Assembly: GCA_964634715.1 (NCBI GenBank)
Contig: CAZWLV010000001.1
Location: 1 to 63,506 of the forward strand
DNA length: 63,506 nt
Reading direction: 5' to 3'
Origin: an uncultured Lachnoclostridium sp.
GTDB lineage: Bacteria > Bacillota > Clostridia > Lachnospirales > Lachnospiraceae
In this document: one piece after another, positions 55,575 to 63,506 of the stretch
Layout: every line of letters starts with the position of its first letter
Position numbering within the stretch: position 1 is the first letter of the stretch
Program-made: the position numbers and the translations under genes
The notes under the pieces: generated by a model
The model's database searches: none
Told to the model about the DNA's origin: nothing
The model's input: the letters and a program-made list of their open reading frames with translations, nothing else

Positions 55575-56834
55575 TTAAGCATCCTGTGCCTGAAAATAAT
55601 GATCCATCTGATCTAAAAGCTTCTTCTTTTCAAAATGCTCTTCAAAATAACTCCGGGCATTTTTTCTCATTTCCTGCAATTCTTCAGAATCCATCTGCAT
55701 CATTTGCATAATATTTTCAGCCAGTGCATACGGATCTCCTCCCGGACTGCACAAACCACACTGAGCCTCTTCGATCACTCGTTTTGACTCTCCTGCCGCC
55801 GCAGCTAAAACCGGCATGCCGCATGCCATGTAAGACTGTAATTTTGCCGGAATGGTCATTTCAAAAAGTTTCGTCTCCATAAAAGATAAAAAAGCGGCAT
55901 CGGAAGCTGCTAATAATCTCGGGATCTCTTCTGCTGGCTGACGTTTGATCATACAGAACAGTTCTTCTGTTTGCTGCTCTCTGATCTCTTTTTTCAGTTC
56001 TTCCAGATATCTTCCTTCTCCAACAATACAAAAAAGTACCTTCAGCCCCTTTTCTTTCAGGATCTTTGCTGTTTTTGGCAGAATATCCAAACCTTGTGCA
56101 AATCCTACGTTTCCGGTAAACATCACTTTAAATGCATCACTTTTTGGAATTTCCGGCACTTCTGTTTTTTGCATCGGAACATAAAATTCTTCTGCATACT
56201 GCGGCCAGTAATGCACCTTTTCTTTTGAAACTTTTACTTTTCTTTCGCAGACCGCTTTTACAAAACTTGGTGATGTCACAAAAATCTCCGTACAGTTTTT
56301 ATAAATGTAATCTACCATTTTCTGGATCGGTTCTATGATCAGCGGATGGGTGATTCCGGTGACCACTTCTACATTTTCCGGCCAAAGATCCTGTGCATAC
56401 AGATACAGCGGAACTTTATGCTTCTTTGCATACCAAACTCCGATCACACATTGTGTCATCGGAGAAGTCTCAAACATAAATACAGCATCGGCTTTGATCT
56501 TTGTAAAGATCTTCCAGAAAAATCCACTGAACGGAAAAGAAAGATAGTTAAAGATCATGCCAACCGCACCTTTTCCCCTTGGGATCACAGGAATCCTGAT
56601 GATCCTGATCCCATTCCAGTCCTCTTTTCTTTTTTTGCAAAAACCATATCCTTCGTAAAATTTTCCCTGTGGATAATTCGGAATGCCGGTCATCACCGTT
56701 ACCTGATAGCCTCGTCTGACCCATTCGCTGCACATATCATTGATACGGAACTGCTCCGGATAAAACACCTGACTGATCACAAGGATATGCTTTTTTTTCT
56801 TTTTTTCCTGAACCATCATCTTGCTTTCTTTCAT
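55575..56834 (-). CDS. family 4 glycosyltransferase (WbuB/WcaI-like, L-FucNAc-transferase-type)
   Basis: HILVISQVFYPEQFRINDMCSEWVRRGYQVTVMTGIPNYPQGKFYEGYG is the characteristic N-terminus of the WbuB-like group. A C-terminal E-x7-E-like region is present. Confidence 0.8.
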   Translation of the reverse strand: MKESKMMVQEKKKKKHILVISQVFYPEQFRINDMCSEWVRRGYQVTVMTGIPNYPQGKFYEGYGFCKKRKEDWNGIRIIRIPVIPRGKGAVGMIFNYLSFPFSGFFWKIFTKIKADAVFMFETSPMTQCVIGVWYAKKHKVPLYLYAQDLWPENVEVVTGITHPLIIEPIQKMVDYIYKNCTEIFVTSPSFVKAVCERKVKVSKEKVHYWPQYAEEFYVPMQKTEVPEIPKSDAFKVMFTGNVGFAQGLDILPKTAKILKEKGLKVLFCIVGEGRYLEELKKEIREQQTEELFCMIKRQPAEEIPRLLAASDAAFLSFMETKLFEMTIPAKLQSYMACGMPVLAAAAGESKRVIEEAQCGLCSPGGDPYALAENIMQMMQMDSEELQEMRKNARSYFEEHFEKKKLLDQMDHYFQAQDA

Positions 56835-56858
56835 CTCACTGTATCATTAAAAATCATT

Positions 56859-58205
56859 TTATTTCTTCTGTTCCTGAAATCCTTCTGTTGATTCTTTCCG
56901 CACCATGATCTGCAGTGTCATGAGGATCAGCTTGATATCCAGAAGGATCGAGTACTCTTCTATATAAGTCAGATCCAGCCGGAGCTTGTCATACGGAGAA
57001 GTGTTATATTTTCCATAAATCTGTGCATAACCTGTCAGACCGCCCTTTACCTTGGTACGGTAAATAAATTCCGGAACTTCTTTCTGATATTTTTCCACAT
57101 GTTCCACTCGTTCCGGTCTTGGACCTACGATGCTCATATCCCCTTTTAAGATATTGATGATCTGCGGAAGTTCATCGATCCTTGTTGCACGGATCACCCG
57201 TCCTACTTTAGTGATACGAGGATCATGATCTGTCGCAGGAAGAACTTCCCCTGCTTTTTCTGCATCTACGATCATGCTTCGGAATTTTAAGATTTCAAAA
57301 CGCTTTTCATCACGGGTAACTCTTACCTGCTTAAAAAATACCGGTCCGCCGTCTTCCAGCTTAATGGCAACCGCAACGATCAGCATGATCGGTGCTGCAA
57401 CGACCATTGCAATCGCACACAGACAAAGATCCATCATGCGTTTGATAAATCTCTGTTCAATATTCAGTCCGGTTCCCCGTACCAAAAGCAGCGGTGTATC
57501 AAATGTATTGATCTTCTCTGCACCGCTGATCACGATATCCGATAACTTCGGTGTCATATACAAACGGATCCCGTTATGATAACAAAATTTCAACAGATCA
57601 TTGCGAAGCTGTGCCGGTACATCATTTAACAGCACCGCTTCATGTTTGGAGATTTCTTTACAGATTTCTTCAAATCCTGTCGTTGCAGAGATCGTCGCCG
57701 TAATATGATATTTATCTCCGCGGACTGCCATTTTTTCTTTTAATTCCAGTGCTTCTTCCGTACCATAGACTAATACAAGATCTCTTGGCGTATGATACTT
57801 ATGATAAATTACCGTATACGCATAACAGCAGATGATACAAAGCAGTACATCTGCTACTGTCAGTACCAGCATCGGCAGCGGATTGATCATCACATTGGAG
57901 ATCAGGGATAACTGCCAGTAAGTCACAAAATTGACTAAAAACATGGCAATACACTGGGAAACCGTAATATCCGCCATTTTGGAATGTCCATAGTTAAACC
58001 CGTCGGAATAATGGAACAAAATACAGGTCAAAACTGCATAGATCCCCATCAGTACATATTTTCCCCTTCCCAGATAAGGGAATGTTACTTCCTGATAACA
58101 AAAAAGCCATGCTATATAATAAGAGATTGTAAATAAGACAAGCTGAAGGATCACTTCCAGCTTTCTGATGAGATATCTCTTTTCTTCGTTTTTTATACGA
58201 TCCAT
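56859..58205 (-). CDS. polyprenyl-phosphate sugar-1-phosphate transferase (priming enzyme 3)
   Basis: DELPQIINILKGDMSIVGPRPERVE...KGGLTGYAQIYGKYNTSPYDKL. Also similar to 18250-19632 at nucleotide level near the 3' end. Confidence 0.85.
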   Translation of the reverse strand: MDRIKNEEKRYLIRKLEVILQLVLFTISYYIAWLFCYQEVTFPYLGRGKYVLMGIYAVLTCILFHYSDGFNYGHSKMADITVSQCIAMFLVNFVTYWQLSLISNVMINPLPMLVLTVADVLLCIICCYAYTVIYHKYHTPRDLVLVYGTEEALELKEKMAVRGDKYHITATISATTGFEEICKEISKHEAVLLNDVPAQLRNDLLKFCYHNGIRLYMTPKLSDIVISGAEKINTFDTPLLLVRGTGLNIEQRFIKRMMDLCLCAIAMVVAAPIMLIVAVAIKLEDGGPVFFKQVRVTRDEKRFEILKFRSMIVDAEKAGEVLPATDHDPRITKVGRVIRATRIDELPQIINILKGDMSIVGPRPERVEHVEKYQKEVPEFIYRTKVKGGLTGYAQIYGKYNTSPYDKLRLDLTYIEEYSILLDIKLILMTLQIMVRKESTEGFQEQKK

Positions 58206-58223
58206 ATCATTATCCTCTCGTAA

Positions 58224-59315
58224 TTACTCGCAGCAGTCATAAAATTCCTTATACCAACGGGCAAATTTTCGTAAACCTTCTCTTAAACTTGTAGACGGTT
58301 TAAATCCAAAATCCCGTTCCAGTGCTGTCGTATCGGCATACGTTACCGGTACATCTCCCGGCTGCATCGGCACCAGTTCTTTATGTGCCTCAAAATCATA
58401 ATCTTCCGGCAAAACTCCGGCAAGGATCAGTTCCTGCTGAAGGATATCTACAAAATCCAGCAGATTTTCCGGCTGATTATTTCCAATATTATAAACTGCA
58501 TAAGGCGGTAACGGAAGTCCGTCTTCACCGGTAATTTTTTCCGGTGCTCCCTGCATGATCCGCACAACACCTTCTACGATATCATCTACATACGTAAAAT
58601 CACGCTTACAATTTCCAAAATTAAAGATCTGGATCTTCTTTCCGGCTCTTAATTTATCCGTAAATCCGAAATATGCCATATCCGGACGGCCTGCCGGTCC
58701 ATAAACCGTGAAAAATCGAAGCCCCGTAGAAGGAATATTATACAGCTTAGAATATGCATGTGCCATTAATTCATTGGATTTTTTCGTTGCTGCATATAAA
58801 GAAACCGGATTGTCTACTTTATCCTCTGTACTGTACGGAATCTTTTTATTGGTTCCGTAAACAGAAGAACTCGAGGCATAGACCAGATGCTCCACACCGC
58901 TTTGACCTTCATCATAAGAATGACGGCAGGCTTCGAGAAGATTATAAAATCCGATCAGATTGGATTCAATATACACATCCGGATTAGTGATCGAATAACG
59001 TACTCCTGCCTGAGCTGCAAGATTTACAACTACCTGTGGTTTTTCTGTCTGAAAAATCTGATCGATCAGTTTTTTATCTGCAATGTTTCCTTTGATAAAG
59101 TTCCACCGGCTGTCTTTTTTTTCTGCTGCCAGCCGTTCAATTTCTTTCAGGCGATATTCCTTGATCGACACATCATAATAATCATTCAGGTTATCAATCC
59201 CGATGATCTTAATATTGTCCACATCCTTTAATAATCTTTTCACAAGATTTGCACCGATAAATCCGGCTGCTCCCGTGACAAGCACTGTTTTTCCTTTTAA
59301 TTCTACTTTCTGCAT
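58224..59315 (-). CDS. NAD-dependent UDP-glucuronate 4-epimerase-like SDR
   Basis: KTVLVTGAAGFIGANL, YASSSSVYG, YAATKKSNE and a C-terminal REGLRKFARWYKEFY, as in Cap1J/GlaKP-type epimerases. Confidence 0.75.
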   Translation of the reverse strand: MQKVELKGKTVLVTGAAGFIGANLVKRLLKDVDNIKIIGIDNLNDYYDVSIKEYRLKEIERLAAEKKDSRWNFIKGNIADKKLIDQIFQTEKPQVVVNLAAQAGVRYSITNPDVYIESNLIGFYNLLEACRHSYDEGQSGVEHLVYASSSSVYGTNKKIPYSTEDKVDNPVSLYAATKKSNELMAHAYSKLYNIPSTGLRFFTVYGPAGRPDMAYFGFTDKLRAGKKIQIFNFGNCKRDFTYVDDIVEGVVRIMQGAPEKITGEDGLPLPPYAVYNIGNNQPENLLDFVDILQQELILAGVLPEDYDFEAHKELVPMQPGDVPVTYADTTALERDFGFKPSTSLREGLRKFARWYKEFYDCCE

Positions 59316-59332
59316 ACGTTTCTCCGCAATCC

Positions 59333-60895
59333 TTACTGTAATTTTACGACCAATGTACCGTCGATCATCGCAATACTTCCTTCTTTCGGAAATACCGGCA
59401 TTTCGAGAACCTCTTCCCTGTTTTCAAATTCAGACGCATCAGCACTTACCATTGGTCTTCCCAGCATAAACATAAAATATTTTTCATAAGTCGATTCGTA
59501 GGTGATCGGACTTCTGTAACCTGCTCCCATAAGAATTTCATATTTTTGAAATCCTCTTCTCTCCTGCCCGATTGCATTTTCACCTATAAATGCGACCGGA
59601 GTTTCTCCCGGGATATATTCTTCCTGCTCTTCCATTGCATCTGCAATTCTTGTCATATAAGATAATGTGGAAGTTGCTTCAAGATTTTTTTTCACATAAA
59701 TGGTATTCGCAGCCTGAACATTTTCCATATTGATCAAAAAAACACAGACTCCGATCAGCAGCATAAAATTTTTTCTGAAATCTTTGCTGTGACAGCCGTG
59801 ATCATAAAACCATTTTACCATCAGCAAAGCAAGCATAAATAACAGCCAGATCGCATATTGTGTCAGTATATGAGAATTTCCATCACTTAAAAAATACGTA
59901 ATATTCATTCCGAAAGGCATCACTGCACCTAAAAGGCAGAAGATCACACGTCCCATCCAATCCATTTTTTTCAGACATATCAGAGAAACTGCGAAAATGC
60001 TGATCATGATGAGTCCAAAAATAATGATGTACAATTTTTCCGGATCTGAGATCAACATCACTTCCTTCACCGTTTCAAAAAAATCCACATAGGTATTCCA
60101 TATTTTTTCGAAAATATTTCCAGAAAAAAGACCGGACATATTTCCAAGACTGTTATAATCATTGGCATTAAAGCTTTCCACTCCGGTAAATCTTTCAGAA
60201 ACTTTTAATTCAGCAAGATAACATACCGCTGCGGCTCCGATCATTGCAACTGCTGACAGTCCCCTTTTCAAAACAAGAAGACTTTTTTCTTTTTCCATAA
60301 GTTCTTTGATACATACAAATAAGACCAAAGTAATCGCAATGGAAAGATAGCTTTGATAAATTCCTAATGTAATTGATAATAAAACAGATGCTGCAAATAA
60401 AACCAGACATTTTTTTCCTATTTTGCTTTCCCGTACCGCTTTTTTCCATAAAAATATGGAAAGTACAGAAAGAAGGATCGCAAAGGCATCCGCATCAAGA
60501 TCATGCAGATAAGTTGCGGCGATCGTATAAACTGATGGGTTCGTCACACAAATCCCTGAGATCAAAATAAGAAGCCATTTATTTTCGATATTAAAAATTC
60601 TCAGGATCACATAGACTGCCAAAGCCATCCAGCATAACGTCAACAATCCGATCACCCATGGCAGCACGATTCTCCCTCTTGTGAATTCGATATAAAATAC
60701 ATAAAAGATTCTTCCCAATCGGGCTTTCGGCCACTTTGAAGCAATACTAAAAGAGTTCAAAGAATCATGACATACCAGCATATTCAAAAAACAGTAGCCA
60801 TGAGCAGCAAATCCCCAAATATAAGTAGATAGAAAACACTGCTTCAGCAATTTTAAATTTACTTTCTTTTTCATCTCTTCTAAAATTTTCTGCAT
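59333..60895 (-). CDS. polytopic membrane protein, possibly GtrII-type (GT-C) glucosyltransferase
   Basis: 520 aa with more than 10 TM helices. An N-terminal FAAHGYCFLNMLVCHDSLN-type segment and a soluble C-terminal domain of about 130 aa. The family call is tentative. Confidence 0.45.
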   Translation of the reverse strand: MQKILEEMKKKVNLKLLKQCFLSTYIWGFAAHGYCFLNMLVCHDSLNSFSIASKWPKARLGRIFYVFYIEFTRGRIVLPWVIGLLTLCWMALAVYVILRIFNIENKWLLILISGICVTNPSVYTIAATYLHDLDADAFAILLSVLSIFLWKKAVRESKIGKKCLVLFAASVLLSITLGIYQSYLSIAITLVLFVCIKELMEKEKSLLVLKRGLSAVAMIGAAAVCYLAELKVSERFTGVESFNANDYNSLGNMSGLFSGNIFEKIWNTYVDFFETVKEVMLISDPEKLYIIIFGLIMISIFAVSLICLKKMDWMGRVIFCLLGAVMPFGMNITYFLSDGNSHILTQYAIWLLFMLALLMVKWFYDHGCHSKDFRKNFMLLIGVCVFLINMENVQAANTIYVKKNLEATSTLSYMTRIADAMEEQEEYIPGETPVAFIGENAIGQERRGFQKYEILMGAGYRSPITYESTYEKYFMFMLGRPMVSADASEFENREEVLEMPVFPKEGSIAMIDGTLVVKLQ

Positions 60896-60905
60896 ATACT
60901 CCTAC

Positions 60906-62399
60906 CTAGCTTTTCCTTTTCCTAAAAATTTTCACGATTTCCACACACTGCGGGTTAACTGCTACATTAACCAGAATCCCTGCTGCTCCGCAGACCGCAG
61001 TTGTCAGCACACCTGCAATGATAAATTCAAAATAATTTTCAATTGATAACGAAATATACTGTTTTACAAACACAACTGCTGCAAAAAACAGATAATTCCC
61101 GCCTAAAATAGAAACTGTTCTTTTACAGGATCTTTTCAGGATCTTTTTGTCAGAAACATACGCACAGTAGACTACCTTCAGCGGAAGTGCTGCTGCTGTT
61201 GCCAAAAGAACTCCGTAAATCCCAAACCATTGAACCAAAACTACGGAAAGGATCAGGTTCACGGCCGCTTCGATCACAGAGACCGTACCGCACTCTTTTG
61301 CATATCCGCCAATATTGGCAAGATTTCTGGTTACATAACTGCTGTAAGATAAAAGCTGAACGATACAAAACAGCAGCGGTACATAATCATAAATATAGTT
61401 CACATCAGAAACACCGGCTGTATACAGCTGGATAAACGGAATGATCAAAATATAACAGACGGACATCAGGATCGTCGGGATCCCTACAAAGGCTGACAAA
61501 AAGATGTCGTGGATCTTTGTATATTTTTCCAGACTCTCATAATATGCCTGTCCCAAAAGATAGACAACACTGTTATAAACCGTATTCAGGATCGTCGTCA
61601 GACTTCCAAAGACCATGTTGTAGATCGAATATACACTGGAGATCATCGTACTGACAAACGTCGATAATACGACCATATCGGTCGATGAAAATACGACCCA
61701 TGCGATCTCTGCCGTAACATAAGCATTTCTGTTTTTCAATTTTGCACCTTTCGGTGCTGCTTTGTAATTGATCCAGCCATAATGCTTTTTAAAGTAAACT
61801 CTGTAAATTGCAATCTGTACGATGGTAACAAAACAATAAACCATCTGCAGTGCATCGATTCGGATACTCAATGAAATGATAATGATCTTTCCAAGCTGTC
61901 CCAGCGTTGTCTTTAACGCTGTAACTCCGCTGAATACATAATCTTTTCCATCTGCTCTTAAAATCGCTGACTCTGTCTGTGTAAAAAGGAAAGACAGCAC
62001 CCCTGACATTCCCTCAAAAAATACAAGACTGAAAATGATCGACCGGTCTACATTGCTCTTCCATGTGATCGGAATGATCACTGCCAACAGTACGACAGCC
62101 AGTGCATATCCTATGGTAAATTTCTTAAAATACGCCTTGGACACACTTGCCACATAAGAGATCCCGTCCTGATCTTTCTCTACGATCGGCTGATACAGCA
62201 TATCCCTTGTTGCCAAAGCGATCCCTGCCTCCAAAAGAGACATATAACTGAAGATCTGCGTAATACTGTTAATGATCCCATTAACATCAGATCCATAATT
62301 CATCAATACGATCCTCGGCACGATAAAGCCAAGGGCGATCGTCAGGAGCTTACTTCCAAAGCTGACGATCAGATTTTTTAAAACTCTTGATTTTTGCAT
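60906..62399 (-). CDS. second Wzx-type flippase (MOP superfamily)
   Basis: 497 aa with about 12-14 TM helices. N-terminus KNLIVSFGSKLLTIALGFIVPRIVL. Confidence 0.7.
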   Translation of the reverse strand: MQKSRVLKNLIVSFGSKLLTIALGFIVPRIVLMNYGSDVNGIINSITQIFSYMSLLEAGIALATRDMLYQPIVEKDQDGISYVASVSKAYFKKFTIGYALAVVLLAVIIPITWKSNVDRSIIFSLVFFEGMSGVLSFLFTQTESAILRADGKDYVFSGVTALKTTLGQLGKIIIISLSIRIDALQMVYCFVTIVQIAIYRVYFKKHYGWINYKAAPKGAKLKNRNAYVTAEIAWVVFSSTDMVVLSTFVSTMISSVYSIYNMVFGSLTTILNTVYNSVVYLLGQAYYESLEKYTKIHDIFLSAFVGIPTILMSVCYILIIPFIQLYTAGVSDVNYIYDYVPLLFCIVQLLSYSSYVTRNLANIGGYAKECGTVSVIEAAVNLILSVVLVQWFGIYGVLLATAAALPLKVVYCAYVSDKKILKRSCKRTVSILGGNYLFFAAVVFVKQYISLSIENYFEFIIAGVLTTAVCGAAGILVNVAVNPQCVEIVKIFRKRKS

Positions 62400-62487
62400 A
62401 TCTGCTCTCTTTTATAGAAATATTCTTCGTATGTTCATTGAAACGGATTACATTTTTCTGCATGATCCGTTTTGATAACATCCTCTT

Positions 62488-63471
62488 TTAAAAAGAACTG
62501 TTTTTCATCATTTCTTCGTAAAATTTTTGTTCTTCCACTACCTGTCTGTCGATGGCTTCTTTAAATTTCCGATATCCCGGATCTTTTCTGCATGCCTGTT
62601 TTCTTCTCATATTGATCAGTTTATCAATATAAAGACTCAGATTCAGGTACATCGGCAGTCCCGTACACCATTTTCTGATCAGAAGATAACATTTTTCCAT
62701 GCCTTTTGTTTCTGCCAGATACTGCTCTCTTAACCGGTTTTTATCTTTTTGAAATACCGGATTCGGAGCATTGCTGACTGACTGGTTATGCATTCTGTAA
62801 AGCACCATTCCCTGCGGCACAAATTCAATCTCCAGATCATCGATATTTTTGATCATGCTGTACCACATCGGATCATCTTCATATAACCGGTATCCTTCCA
62901 GATTCTTTTCACATTCTGCATCCGTAAAAAGCTGTTTTGTATAAATCGTAGACGGTGTATGAAGATAACGCCCTCTCTTAAAATATTTCAGATGATAAGA
63001 TTTTCCCGCCTGATGATGTGTCATATGATAATAAAATTCTATGAGATATTTTTCTCTGTAAGAAATTTTCCCCTCACATAATTCCAGCCGGAAATATGTT
63101 TTTAATTTTCTGTCATGAAGATCCTCATATTCTGCAAATACATTGGTATGTGCGATCAGATCATCTCCTGCAATGATCTTTAAATATTCCTTTTCCGTAT
63201 CGATCATCTGTACGATCTTACAGAAATTCGGAACGATCCCCTGATTTGTCTCATTGGCGATCACTTCCGCATTTTTAAAATATTCTCTGTTTTTTGCGAT
63301 CCACTCTTTTGCAACTGCCACTGTCTGATCTTTTGATGCATCATCTGTAATAAGCAGAGAAACTTCCAGATCTTTTCCATAGTGAACCTTCTGATATTTG
63401 ATACTTTCCAGTGTTTCGATGATATATTGTTCCTGATTATAAGCCAGGATTCCAAATACATAACGTCTCAT
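62488..63471 (-). CDS. family 2 glycosyltransferase
   Basis: FGILAYNQEQYIIETLESI, ITDDASKDQT, IAGDDLI. Confidence 0.75.
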   Translation of the reverse strand: MRRYVFGILAYNQEQYIIETLESIKYQKVHYGKDLEVSLLITDDASKDQTVAVAKEWIAKNREYFKNAEVIANETNQGIVPNFCKIVQMIDTEKEYLKIIAGDDLIAHTNVFAEYEDLHDRKLKTYFRLELCEGKISYREKYLIEFYYHMTHHQAGKSYHLKYFKRGRYLHTPSTIYTKQLFTDAECEKNLEGYRLYEDDPMWYSMIKNIDDLEIEFVPQGMVLYRMHNQSVSNAPNPVFQKDKNRLREQYLAETKGMEKCYLLIRKWCTGLPMYLNLSLYIDKLINMRRKQACRKDPGYRKFKEAIDRQVVEEQKFYEEMMKNSSF

Positions 63472-63506
63472 GTATTGCTGCCTTTCTCATTTTTTCCTAA
63501 ACATTT

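Noticed and set aside
62441-62472. 8-bp stem AAACGGAT / ATCCGTTT with a 16-nt loop between the GT2 and Wzx genes, considered as a terminator
   Set aside because: The stem is short, the loop is large, and neither strand has a U-tract. It is probably insignificant.
1-63506. Search for mobile-element boundaries, integrases, transposases, tRNA genes or long direct repeats flanking the locus
   Set aside because: I recognised none in any frame. The locus cannot be called a genomic island from this window alone.

Overview
This window is a chromosomal segment from a low-GC Gram-positive anaerobe. Gene content looks Clostridia/Lachnospiraceae-like, but the taxon is an inference. Almost the whole window is one cell-envelope glycopolymer mega-locus.

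I support 51 CDS, 47 of them on the minus strand. Most are separated by gaps under 20 bp or joined by ATGA/GTGA start-stop overlaps.

Read in the direction of transcription (high to low coordinates), the window divides into four modules:
- **Module A (62488-36930):** a Wzx/Wzy-type heteropolysaccharide operon. It encodes two flippases, a Wzy-like polymerase, a priming phosphotransferase and a UDP-GlcA 4-epimerase. It also has a WbuB-like GT4, an N-acetyl-sugar amidotransferase and several GT2/GT-B enzymes. A pyruvyl transferase, a MenD-like ThDP enzyme with an SDR, and the CapE/CapG/CapF UDP-L-FucNAc pathway follow. The operon ends with a GT39-like GT-C enzyme and two tandem CotH-family genes.
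- **Module B (35844-18250):** an alditol-phosphate (teichoic-acid-like) module. It has three TagB/TagF-like phosphotransferases, an IspD-like cytidylyltransferase with an extended SDR, and the TagGH exporter. It also carries a GH25 muramidase with three CWB2 repeats, tandem GT2 paralogues and a second priming transferase.
- **Module C (12676-18159):** a small island bounded by terminators. It encodes a secreted purple-acid-type phosphoesterase and an HTH(XRE)-UDP-glucose dehydrogenase fusion. It also encodes a FemAB/CelD-like acyltransferase and a PIG-L deacetylase-GNAT fusion.
- **Module D (12518-2550):** an operon headed by a CotH / VTC-domain / DUF4956 triad. This is followed by GT2 genes, a third priming transferase, an LCP ligase and a TPR lipoprotein. 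It runs straight into pyrF-pyrK-pyrD.

I saw no rRNA, tRNA, CRISPR array, transposase or integrase.

The best candidate for an undescribed system is the membrane-associated CotH-VTC-DUF4956 triad with its divergent phosphoesterase, together with two further exofacial CotH paralogues next to a GT-C transferase. I interpret these as a possible trans-envelope phosphoryl-transfer or polyphosphate system acting on wall glycopolymers. This is a hypothesis, not a demonstrated function.
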